Positions 19,410-28,652 of a stretch of DNA of 64,000 nt are shown here, in pieces. Every line of letters starts with the position of its first letter. The stretch's first letter is position 1. The notes beneath the pieces are model-generated. The model was not told the DNA's origin and made no database searches. It worked only from the letters and a program-made list of their open reading frames with translations. The DNA is taken from the NCBI GenBank assembly GCA_963833985.1, contig CAWIAD010000001.1, forward strand, positions 832,001 to 896,000. The letters run 5' to 3'. This stretch comes from an uncultured Planctomycetaceae bacterium. Its GTDB lineage: Bacteria > Planctomycetota > Planctomycetia > Isosphaerales > Isosphaeraceae. The position numbers and the translations under genes were made by a program.

Positions 19410-20207
19410 TCAATCCGTTAGCTGGTCCGTGAAGCGCGGAAACCAGCGGCGAAGCGGAGCGACAACCCGATCCCCGGCCGCTCGAGCCCACTCCCCGCTG
19501 CGGGGGGGCAAGCCTCTTCGCCAGCGAGGATAGGCCAGGCAAGCCAGGACGATGAGCCCCACAAAGAGCACGTGAACCGGCACGCCGGGCATGCCGCCCA
19601 TCAGGGAGGCCGTTTTGCCGGGTGTGGAATGTCCCGATGCGGCCGTGAGATCGCTCCAGAACATCTCGCCCGCCGTCACGGCCAGAACCAGGGCTCCCGC
19701 CGAGACGATCCACTTGAAGCGCGCCATGAGCTCGACGATGGCCGTGCTGAAGATGAAGATCATGAGTCCGGAGATCAACAGCCCCAGGCCCATGCGGATC
19801 GGGTCTCCGCGGCAGATGCTGGCGACGGCAACGACGTTGTCGAAGCTCATCGCCAGATTTGCCAGGGCAATGCGCAGGATCGATGCGCCCATCCTGGAGC
19901 GGCCCTCTGTTCCGACGCCAACCTCGGGAGCAGACTCCTCCTGCATGAGCTTGCAGGCAATGATCAAGAGCAACACCGCACCGGCGAGCCGTAGCCCGGG
20001 AACGCCCAGCAGGTCGGCGATGAGCAAGGTGAAAACCGCTTGCATCGCAACCGCAAGGATCCCTCCCCAGAGCACAACCCGGCGCCGTTGCCGTGCCGGC
20101 AGGTTGTGAGCCGCCAGCGCGATGACAACCGCGTTATCGCCGGACAACGCGACATTGATCAGGGAAATCTCGAGAACCGAGAACGTATAAACAAGAATTG
20201 CATCCAA
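19410..20207 (-). CDS. TerC/YjbE-family putative metal transport membrane protein
   Basis: INVALSGDNAVVIALAAHNLP and LAMSFDNVVAVA motifs; TTG start at 20207 preceded by GAGGA. Confidence 0.85.
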   Translation of the reverse strand: MDAILVYTFSVLEISLINVALSGDNAVVIALAAHNLPARQRRRVVLWGGILAVAMQAVFTLLIADLLGVPGLRLAGAVLLLIIACKLMQEESAPEVGVGTEGRSRMGASILRIALANLAMSFDNVVAVASICRGDPIRMGLGLLISGLMIFIFSTAIVELMARFKWIVSAGALVLAVTAGEMFWSDLTAASGHSTPGKTASLMGGMPGVPVHVLFVGLIVLACLAYPRWRRGLPPRSGEWARAAGDRVVAPLRRWFPRFTDQLTD

Positions 20208-20279
20208 CGGGACTATCCTCGGACTTTGCGACACTCTCGCTCGGCATCGACGCGCCCGAAGCGAAGGCTTGCTCAACAA

Positions 20280-20295
20280 TGCAAAACAGGTGCCG
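20280..20295 (-). promoter_or_regulatory. Putative sigma-54 promoter of the TerC-DUF6766 unit
   Basis: Minus strand CGGCAC-CTGTT-TTGCA. Confidence 0.6.
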
Positions 20296-20525
20296 CGGCT
20301 TTGTTTAACGGGGGGGGCGGGCGGCACAGCTTCAGCGGGCAGAGCCGCCGCGAGTCAACCGTGTTTATCGCTATTTTGATGCAGAAGTGTTCTCGCGGAC
20401 GCGCAGGGCGATTCCCGGCGATGCCTCCGTGAAATGAATTTCTGTTTATTAACAAATATTATGTGGTGACGGGCCCGCGAAATCGTCTCTATTGCCAGAG
20501 TCAGAACCCGCGTACCACGGGGTGC

Positions 20526-20541
20526 TGGCAGCGATGTTGCA
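20526..20541 (+). promoter_or_regulatory. Putative sigma-54 promoter of paralog 2
   Basis: TGGCAG-CGATG-TTGCA, ~105 bp upstream of the ATG at 20648. Confidence 0.6.
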
Positions 20542-20647
20542 TCGCTTTTACGGCGGTTCATGCCGTGAGCCGGACCCGGGGCGGTCGTCCCGGAGCCAGC
20601 TCAGTTCGCGTCTGATCACGCAGGAAAGAGAAGAAAGAGGCAATTCC

Positions 20648-21088
20648 ATGGCAGAACATGCCACGACAGATTCGCCCTCGGTTGCTGATGGCGCGCGCAG
20701 TGGTGGAGAAGCCGTCGTGAGTGACGCCCTGGCGTCGGCCCGCGAGGGGCTCTCCGGGATGATCCCCCAGCGCCAGGGCGTTCTTGGACGCACGGTCTAT
20801 TCCACGTCGTATGCGATTTCCTACGGCGTCGTCTTTCCCACCATGCTCGTGGCCCGCGCGCTACCCAGGGACAATGCACTCTTCCACGGCCTGGCCGACG
20901 GGGCAGAAGCTGCGCGCGAACGGGTTTTCGGCTGGGAAGACAGCCAGGAGCACGAAGAGACGGCCGGCTCGGAGGAGGCCGGGCAGAGCGAGGGAGACTC
21001 CGATGGCGAGGGACAAGAAGCCACTCGCGGATCCTCACGGAACCGCCGTCGCGGCCGTCAGCGCGGGGGCGCAAATCCTCCCGGTGAG
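20648..21088 (+). CDS. YxISYGVVFP-motif small protein, paralog 2, with an acidic then basic tail; 3' end uncertain (ORF track runs to 21250)
   Basis: VYSTSYAISYGVVFPTMLVARALPRDNALFHGLADGA; probable frameshift in the G-run near 21070 giving ...RKSSR*. Confidence 0.75.
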
Positions 21089-21144
21089 CCGGCTGCTCGC
21101 GTGGCCGCTCGCCCGGTATCCCGCGGTCGACAGGGCTCGACGCA

Positions 21145-21924
21145 TCATGCGGAATTGATCCGCAGCGGGTTCGAGGTGCCGTCGAGCACGAGCGTACCTC
21201 TGAAAATGATGGAGACGTTGCCCCTCCCCCACCCGCTGGCATGGAGATAGCCGCCATTGCCCGGGTGATAGATGAGCTGGATGGTCCCCGAGCCGGAAGC
21301 GTTGGCGAAGGCTCCCGAGCTGGCCGAGGTGACGATCCAGTTCAGCGTTGTGGGCCGCCCGTTGGGCGGCTGGCTGGGGTCTCCGGAGATCTGGACGATG
21401 ATGAAGCTTCCGGTCATGAGAAAGCTCTTGGGGTAAAGCGTGGCAGAGCCACTGGGGCCCTGCGATGCCGAGGACGGGGTCTGGAACCCTAGCTGGATGT
21501 TGCCGTGCAGAAATGCGGTCGAATTGCCGCCGGCATTCGCATATGTTTGCGAGATGTCGCCGGTGAACCGCGGCGGACCTATGATGTACGGCCCGTAGAA
21601 GACCGCGACGAAGTTCTCGCGCAACTGCTCGTGGGGCGTCGGCGCTCCTGAAACCTGCGAGACGGTCGAGGAGTTGCTGGACACGGCCCCCTGGAGGTTC
21701 AGTTGTGTCGAGCCCAGGGAGAACGCGGGACTCTGGCTTGAGCCCGTGCTCGCGTTGGCGGAGGGAGTTGCACTGGTCTGCGCCTGGACGACGGCGCTGT
21801 GCCTGCGTGTGTGAGCGGGCGCCGGGCGTGCCAGACCGTGGAGCGACGATGGCAACTCGCGCTGTTCCAGGAGCTCGATGAGCGGGCCGATCGGCTGACC
21901 GGGACCTGTTCTCTTTCGTTTCAT
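21145..21924 (-). CDS. Putative exported protein with a planctomycete extracellular N-terminal motif
   Basis: MKRKR...IELLEQRELPS, Ser-rich linker, beta-rich C-terminal domain. Confidence 0.7.
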   Translation of the reverse strand: MKRKRTGPGQPIGPLIELLEQRELPSSLHGLARPAPAHTRRHSAVVQAQTSATPSANASTGSSQSPAFSLGSTQLNLQGAVSSNSSTVSQVSGAPTPHEQLRENFVAVFYGPYIIGPPRFTGDISQTYANAGGNSTAFLHGNIQLGFQTPSSASQGPSGSATLYPKSFLMTGSFIIVQISGDPSQPPNGRPTTLNWIVTSASSGAFANASGSGTIQLIYHPGNGGYLHASGWGRGNVSIIFRGTLVLDGTSNPLRINSA

Positions 21925-21947
21925 CGGGTTCTCTCCCGTCTCCGGTC

Positions 21948-23845
21948 TCAGGGCATGATCCGTAAACCAATCGCCGTGTTCAGGCTCAACGTGTCTTGCC
22001 GGTGCTGGAGCAGGATGTTTCGATAATGCTGAACCACCTGGTTGTACTCCTGCTGCTGGCTGGTGTACTGGTCAATCTTCGACGGGTCCTAGCGGTAATC
22101 CTGAAAGGCCAGGTCGCGCGTCCGCCGGGCGGCCGGCAGCACTTCCTGCTCCATCTCGCCGATCGACTCGCGGCTCAGCTCGAAGCTGCGGATCGCGTCC
22201 GCCGCCTCGTCGAGGACCCGCCGCTCCATCGACCGCAATTCAAGCTGGGTTTGCGACACATTGGCCTGGGCCAGCATGATGTTGCCCTGGTTGCGGTTGA
22301 AAACGGGCAGCGCCGCATTGATGCCCACCGCCCACGAGTACGTGTCCTTGGTGCCGAACGCCCGACCCGACTGGTCGGTGTACGGCTGGTAAACAAGGTA
22401 GACGTCAGAGGCGCGGTTGGCCCTGGCCAGCCGCACCTCCGATTCGGCCCGGCTCAGCGCAAGCCGGTATGCGGCCAGGTCGGGACGGGAATCGACCGCA
22501 GTCTGGACCAGTTGCTCGGCCGACATGGGCAGTTCCCGGATCTCCCGCAGCGAACCGCGCAGCTCCAGCCGTTCGGCATCTTGCGGGGGAATGTTCAGCA
22601 TGCGAGCGAGCTGGCGCTTCGAACGAGCCAGCATTTGCAAGGATTGCTTGAGTTGAAGCTGCGCCTGCCGCGCCTGGTTCCGAAGATATGCCACAGCATG
22701 TGATGCGTCGGCTTGATCCTTCCAGGCCTTCTGCCTGGACTGGTCGGTCGTGCGCGGGTTGTTCTGGAGGCTACGGGCCTGGGTCTCTTTTTGCGCGACC
22801 GGGCCTCCGCCCGGTCGAGGATGCGCTGGATGCCTTCTTGCAGGGCATGCCCGAAGCGGACGTTCGCCCGCGATGCGAGAACGTTGAGATACGCCGTGTA
22901 CAGCTCGTCGATCATCTTCCGGGCGTAATCCTGCAACTGTGCCTCGGTCACGCGCCTGGCCCGCTCGGCCACCTCGACCCGCGCCGGCCACTTGCGGGTG
23001 ATGTCGATCGGAATCGTCACATTGACGCCATATTGCGGCTGGCCGCCACTGCCGCCGGGACGCGAGACAGAGTAAGTTCCATAGGGAACGAGCTGGCTGC
23101 TGCCATTGATGATCGGGTTCGAGCGCAATCCCGCCGTGAGAATGTCGGCGTCCGACTTTGTGAGCTCGAAACGGAGGGCCATCATGTCCAGGCTTTGCTG
23201 AATCAAGAGCTCGATGGCGCGGTCCAGAGTCAGTCCATCGGCCGGCCCGAGTTCATCCTGCCGTGCTGGAACCTCCATGGCGGCCCGCGACCCCAGGGTG
23301 ACCGGATCAAAACCGGAGCGCTGGATCTCCTGACGATTGGCCTGGATCTCGTTACGCAGGCTCTTCCGCACCGAGTCGAAGCTGAGCGGGTCTGCTCCAC
23401 GGCCAGAGCGGGCCAGCAGTCCCGATGAACCCACGCTCGCACCGGTGCGCCGTTCTCGGCTTGACGGCACGGTGTTTGACGCGTGCGCCCCCGGGGCACC
23501 CAGCGGCGGTCCAATCGTCGATTCGTCGGGATCCGGTGAGCCAGGGTCGCCTGGCAGCCGTGGCAAGAGCGGCGACCCCAGCGCCTCGCCTCCGCGTGCC
23601 CGTCCGCCCGACATGCCGCCGAAGTCGTCCATCTGGGTGGACGCCTGCCCGGATACGCCTGTGGGTCGCGAGGATCCGCGTGGGACGGCCGCGGTACCCG
23701 GGCCGCCTCCGCCCTGACTGCCGGGCGGGCCGCCAGCGCCAAGATTCAGCCCCTGAGCGCTTGCCGTGCCGGGACAATGGCCAGTCATCAGCATCGCCAG
23801 GCACGAGGTTAGGGTCAGGATCCGGCAGAACGGCACTCTCGACAT
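21948..23845 (-). CDS. TolC/CzcC-family outer membrane efflux protein, interrupted by a frameshift near 22790 and an in-frame TAG at 22089
   Basis: Signal peptide, long low-complexity N-terminus, LTLDRAIELL, ADILTAGLRSNP, SRPDLAAYRL, LPVFNRNQGNI; the frame continues past the TAG to ...LNTAIGLRIMP*. Confidence 0.8.
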
Positions 23846-24157
23846 TGCACAGTTCCCCGGTCCCGCAGAGTTCGCCGCGCAAACGAGATAACAATCGCTA
23901 ATTTCGGATCAACCTGTATATCCGGAATGCTTTTTCTGCGGCTCGTGAAGCAAAACAGAGGCTTGTCCATGGACCGCGGCGTGACGGCTCGATGGGGAAC
24001 AGGTTTCAAGGTGGTGATTGCCCGGATTTGACTTCGACGATCACCATGGTAGATATCTTCGCGGCAGCAGGCACACAGGATGGCGCCATGTTTCGCCGAA
24101 TCGTGTTGAGCAACGGCTTGACGGCCGGGCAGGTCACTGAACCCATCTGGAGGGGGG

Positions 24158-24763
24158 ATGCGACGTTCCTGCAAGCGGTTTCGGCCCAGCATCGAGGCCG
24201 AACTCGAAGACCGGCTGCTGCTTCATCGCTCAGGCGTGGCCGCGGAACTGCAACACTCGGTGCAGCAGACGCCTGTCCGGCGGTACTTGCCCCTCTCGGT
24301 TGCCGTCAACGAGACGAGCGGCAATTTCGCCAGCTTCAACCAGCTCGTCACGTCGTATGTCCATGTGCTTTTCAATTTCAATGGCTCGTTTCCCAGCCCG
24401 GGCACCAGCGGGGCCACGTCCAGCAATCCAGACGGAACCATGTTGCTCTCAAGCAACTACAATCAATCCATTGCATCCGTCACGGCCATTCTGAGCCAGT
24501 CTGTCGCCACGAGCATCTCGAATGTACGGCTTCGTCCCGGCACCGCGGCGCTCATCAGTGCCCGCATCAACGGCAGCTCTCCGGACAGCCTCGTGTCGCA
24601 ATTGACCGCCGTGCCGGTGAGCGCTCTGGCCAGCCAGGGGCCATCCAGCTCCTCGGCCCAGGCCGCAGCCTTTCTACCAATCACCCAGGCGATCGATTCG
24701 GCGCAGTCGGACGTGATTGCCGCTCTGATTGCGGGTTCGCGGGCTCGGCCGCGCTGGCGCTGA
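24158..24763 (+). CDS. Putative exported protein with a planctomycete extracellular N-terminal motif
   Basis: MRRSCKRFRPSIEAELEDRLLL; GGAGG RBS. Confidence 0.65.
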   Translation: MRRSCKRFRPSIEAELEDRLLLHRSGVAAELQHSVQQTPVRRYLPLSVAVNETSGNFASFNQLVTSYVHVLFNFNGSFPSPGTSGATSSNPDGTMLLSSNYNQSIASVTAILSQSVATSISNVRLRPGTAALISARINGSSPDSLVSQLTAVPVSALASQGPSSSSAQAAAFLPITQAIDSAQSDVIAALIAGSRARPRWR

Positions 24764-24779
24764 GATTACGAACCAGTGG

Positions 24780-25910
24780 TCACAGACGACCGGCTCCGCC
24801 AGGCAGGGCGATCAGCGCATTTTTTGGAATACCGGCGGGGTGGTAGAAGAACCCGATCCCGAAAATCACGTAGACGGCGATGAGGATCAAACCCTCCAGC
24901 CAGCTCGACTCGCCGTCGTAGATCAGGTTGCGGGTCACGTAAACCGCCATGACGATTGCGATCAGTTCCAGTGGTGAGAAGATCAGGTCCATCGGCTGTC
25001 CCATGATCAGCCCCATGAAGACCAGCACCGGCGCGACGAGCAACCCGACCTGCGTGCTCGCACCTACCGTGATTCCCAGGCACAGATCCATCTGGTCCTT
25101 GCGCACGAACCGGATGGCGTTGAACAGCTCCGCGGCATTTCCCACCAGGGCCAGCAGAAATACGCCGGCGAAGCGGGGAGTGAGGTTCAGTATCTGAGAG
25201 GCCGGCTCAAGAGCGCCTGTAAGAATCTCGCTCATGACGGCCAGGCCCAATGTCACGGCACCCAGGATGCCGATGGCTATTTTCCTGCTCCATCTCGGCT
25301 CGTCCCTGGACTCAGCCTCATCCGGACGCGCGTCCTGCTCTTTCAGGTTCGCCTGCACGCCTTCCTTGCCGATGACCGGCTTCTGCTTCACGAAGATGGC
25401 GGCCAGGCTGGCAAGATAGACCAGAAACAGTACCGCTGAGACTTCCAGGCTGATGGCCCGGGCGGCGGTACTGCTGAAGTCCGTCACTGCCGGAATGATC
25501 AGTCCGAAGGACGCCAGTGTCAAAAGCGCCGAGGACATGCGGGCCGCTCGGGGGTCGAACGTCTGGTTACGCCGGTATTTGATTCCGCCGGCCAGGAACG
25601 CCGCACCCACACCGAAGAGCAGGTTGCCGATGATCGACCCGGTGAGCGACGACTTCACCATGCCGACGAGCCCCCGGTGCAACGCAAAACCGGAGATGAT
25701 GATCTCGGGCGCGTTGCCCAGGGTTGCATTGAGCAATCCGCCGGCGGTGGGGCCCAGGTACCTGGCCAGCACCTCGGTGGCGTCGCCCATCAGCTTCACG
25801 AGCGGCACAATCGCCAGGGCCGAGGTCAGGAACACCACGATCGGATTGGCCCCGAACCAGCTTAGCCCAATCCCGATCGGAAGAAAAAAGAGCAGCCACC
25901 TCAGGCGCAT
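24780..25910 (-). CDS. cax: Ca2+/H+ antiporter (CaCA/CAX family)
   Basis: GGLLNATLGNAPE, SLTGSIIGNLL and VGNAAE alpha-repeat motifs; DGESSWLEG. Confidence 0.92.
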   Translation of the reverse strand: MRLRWLLFFLPIGIGLSWFGANPIVVFLTSALAIVPLVKLMGDATEVLARYLGPTAGGLLNATLGNAPEIIISGFALHRGLVGMVKSSLTGSIIGNLLFGVGAAFLAGGIKYRRNQTFDPRAARMSSALLTLASFGLIIPAVTDFSSTAARAISLEVSAVLFLVYLASLAAIFVKQKPVIGKEGVQANLKEQDARPDEAESRDEPRWSRKIAIGILGAVTLGLAVMSEILTGALEPASQILNLTPRFAGVFLLALVGNAAELFNAIRFVRKDQMDLCLGITVGASTQVGLLVAPVLVFMGLIMGQPMDLIFSPLELIAIVMAVYVTRNLIYDGESSWLEGLILIAVYVIFGIGFFYHPAGIPKNALIALPGGAGRL

Positions 25911-26014
25911 CGCCTTGCTCCCCCGGCTTCGTCCTCATGGTTCTCTTCCGTCAGCAGGACGCTCGGATTCTGGAGGGAAGACGGGGAGCAATACCCAGGC
26001 CATGTCCCGATGGT

Positions 26015-26350
26015 TCAGTGCGTGGCGGGCGCCGCCGTGACGCTGGCCTGCCCGAGCATGGCGTCCACACGCAGGCTGGCGGCGTGGGCTCCGTCCATCA
26101 GGCCGCGGACGGCGGCATTCTCACGCGGGATGGCGCGGGCCAGCAGCGCGGCCGGGAAGACAACGCCGTAAGAAATGGCATAGGTCGTCTGGTACAGGGC
26201 GCGAGCAAGGACCAGGCTGGTGTTCGCCAGTGCCCGGTCGGCCGCCGCCCGGGCGTCCATGGCGCCATTCCTGGCGGCCGTCGCGACCAGGTCGAATGTC
26301 CCCGATACTGAATCCACACCCGTACCGGCCGCTGCCGTCATGTCCGACAT
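26015..26350 (-). CDS. YxISYGVVFP-motif small protein, paralog 3 (upstream of cax)
   Basis: LYQTTYAISYGVVFPAALLARAIPRENAAVRGLMDGA; GGAGG RBS. Confidence 0.8.
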   Translation of the reverse strand: MSDMTAAAGTGVDSVSGTFDLVATAARNGAMDARAAADRALANTSLVLARALYQTTYAISYGVVFPAALLARAIPRENAAVRGLMDGAHAASLRVDAMLGQASVTAAPATH

Positions 26351-26636
26351 GGAGGACCTCCTGGTCGTCATTCTTTCCCGGAACAACACGCTCAGAGCAA
26401 TATCTTACCTATTTTGCCTCATGACCGCAAAGACACCACAGGATCGATTATGGTGAGGCGGTGGGCTCAGACCCAGCACGGCGTGGTTTATCCGGCAAAA
26501 TCCATACGTTTGGCTTCGCAGCCTTGTCTGACCGTAGTGGCGGCCTGATCATGATAGTAAGGGGACGCGCTTCGACGGCTCCATTGTGACCTTCCCGGTC
26601 AGGCTCCCCGAGACCCCTGGATTGCAGGAGCTCCAC

Positions 26637-27699
26637 ATGCGTTACCACCTCCGAATGTTGGTCCTTCCTTTTGTCGCCCTCTGTATCCTGCCTTCCATGG
26701 CCAGTGCCCAGTGGATGTACCCACGCGGCTATGGCGGTTACGGCATGAGCCGCTGGGGAGCGGACCCGGCGTCCGGGTACATGGCTGGACTGGGCGCGTA
26801 TGCGCGGGCAGGGGGTTTACGCGCTGCAAAAGGCCCAGGCCGACTCCATCAATCTGGAGACGATGATCAAGTGGAACAAGGCTCTGCGGGAGCGCCAGCG
26901 CGCACTTCGCGAGCAGAAGCAACAGGAGCAAGCCAGCAAGGAGGCGGCCCGCGAACGAAGGGTTGCGGACCTGGAGTTGAAGGACGGTACGACGCTGAAT
27001 AACCTGCTGCTGGAGATCCTCGACGCAGACCCCGCGGTGGCAAGGTCGAGCCGGGCGAAAATGCCTGTGAGCACGGCTGCGATCCGCGAGATCCCGTTCG
27101 AGTGGGATTCCGAGGCACTCACCATCTGTCTTGACCAGATGACCGGTGAGGACTCGCTTCCCGACATTCTGATGCGGCCGGAGTACACCGAGCAGCGCAA
27201 TGCGCTTCATGCCGCGGTCAAGCCCGCGCTCGAGGAAGACGCCCGGGGTGATGTTTCGGCCGCGACGCGCCAGCGGATCGACAAGGCCGTCGCGGACTTC
27301 CGCGCCACGTTCATGAAGAACGCCTCCGAGTTCACCCCGGGATACCAGGACGCCCTTGATTATTTCACCACGATGGCCAGCCTCAACCGGCTGCTCAACG
27401 ACCCGAGCATGAAGGCATTTCTGGATCAGCTCGAAGACACGAAGCAGAGCACCGTCGGCAACCTGGTGGCATTCATGAATGCCTATAACCTACGCTTCGG
27501 AGCCACCACCTCGGATCGGCAGGTCGAGATTTACTCTCAGCTCTTGCCGGGATTGGTCGCGCTCCGCAACGAGATCGCCAGCCAGCACGCACAGGCCTCG
27601 AACGCGGACCGTTCGGGTGCAGGGCTGAGGTCCGCCGCCAGGGCGGCCTTCAAGGGAATGAACTGGCAGGAGCTCCAGGCTCAACAGAAAGGCAAATGA
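26637..27699 (+). CDS. Secreted hypothetical protein, frameshifted near 26805
   Basis: Signal peptide ending in ASA-Q, YGGYG segment, joins helical ORF 26800-27699. Confidence 0.7.
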
Positions 27700-27722
27700 C
27701 CATGCCCACGGAGGGCATGGTC
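27698..27722. terminator. Hairpin between convergent genes
   Basis: GACCATGCCC-acgga-GGGCATGGTC, 10-bp perfect stem. Confidence 0.45.
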
Positions 27723-27830
27723 GTGCACGATCTTGCGGGGGAAGGCTCATGCTGAGTTGCCGGCCGGACCGCCGGTCCCGGCATGGGCCTTTTACCCCCG
27801 GGGCAAGTCGGGGCGCAAGCTGTTCATGCC

Positions 27831-28318
27831 CTAGCGCGCGCTCATGAAGGCGTCATAGAGCCGCCGGCGCGCATCACGCAGTGCGCTCTCGACGCCCTCG
27901 AACTCACCGACGGTCATCACCCTGAAGAGCAGCCGATCCAGCTCGGCTTCGAGCTCGACGAGGGGCTCGCGCCGCCGGCTGGTCTGCGCGCTCGTGGACC
28001 TGGGTCTGGCCCCACTCAGGTCAACCACCTGCAACTTGGGTTTGCGCCGCGCTTCTTGCCGGTGTAGGGCGGCTTGACCGCGGTTGTGGTTGCGCTTGCG
28101 GCCACCGATTCGCGCTTGCGGCGCGGCACGCCGCGCAAATTGCCGGTCAGCCCCATTTGCGACCGCGTCTTGTTCACGAGCGTCTCGCTGATGGTGCCTT
28201 CCATTCCCGCTTCCGCCCACGCGCCGTTCACCAAGTGGGTGTTGGCCTGAGGATGATCGATCAGGTACTCCTTGACAAAGGATGTTTTTCCTTGATCGCG
28301 TGTCTTCGTTGCTGCCAT
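27831..28318 (-). CDS. Basic hypothetical protein, frameshifted near 28045
   Basis: MAATKTRDQGKTSFVKEYL...GTISETLVNKTRSQMG joins ...LVELEAELDRLLFRVM...RRRLY. Confidence 0.65.
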
Positions 28319-28652
28319 GCCGGAATCTCCAGATGATTGGTACGGAATTCCCTTTTCTTCACAGATCATCAATCCATAACCAATGCAAACTACAGAATCA
28401 AGGGGGTTCTGCTTCCTTGAACAAAAACAATACAGCCTCAAATCGCTACCGTTGTCCTCCTGTAGCGTCGCCCTCGGTGCCGGCAGAGCACTACAGGACC
28501 AGACGCATCACAGCCGAAAGGGACGGTGAATGTTCAAGTGACAAGTGTCAGGCGATGTGAAAAAGGGTGCCTCGCGGCCCGACTACCACTGTCACTGGGT
28601 CGCGCGCCACATGCGGTCCGGGAGCGGCGATTCACCGGCGGCTCCCACGGAA

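Noticed and set aside
20207..20460. yybP-ykoY Mn riboswitch upstream of terC
   Set aside because: The GGGGAGUAGC-type core is not visible, and a sigma-54-like motif sits only ~70 bp from the start
22089..22091. Pyrrolysine or stop-codon recoding at the TolC TAG
   Set aside because: TAG is used as a normal stop elsewhere in the window and no pyl genes are present
26396..26411. Fourth sigma-54 promoter upstream of paralog 3/cax (TAGGTAAGATATTGCT)
   Set aside because: Spacing is GG-N9-GC, one base short; unsupported unless a sequencing deletion is shown
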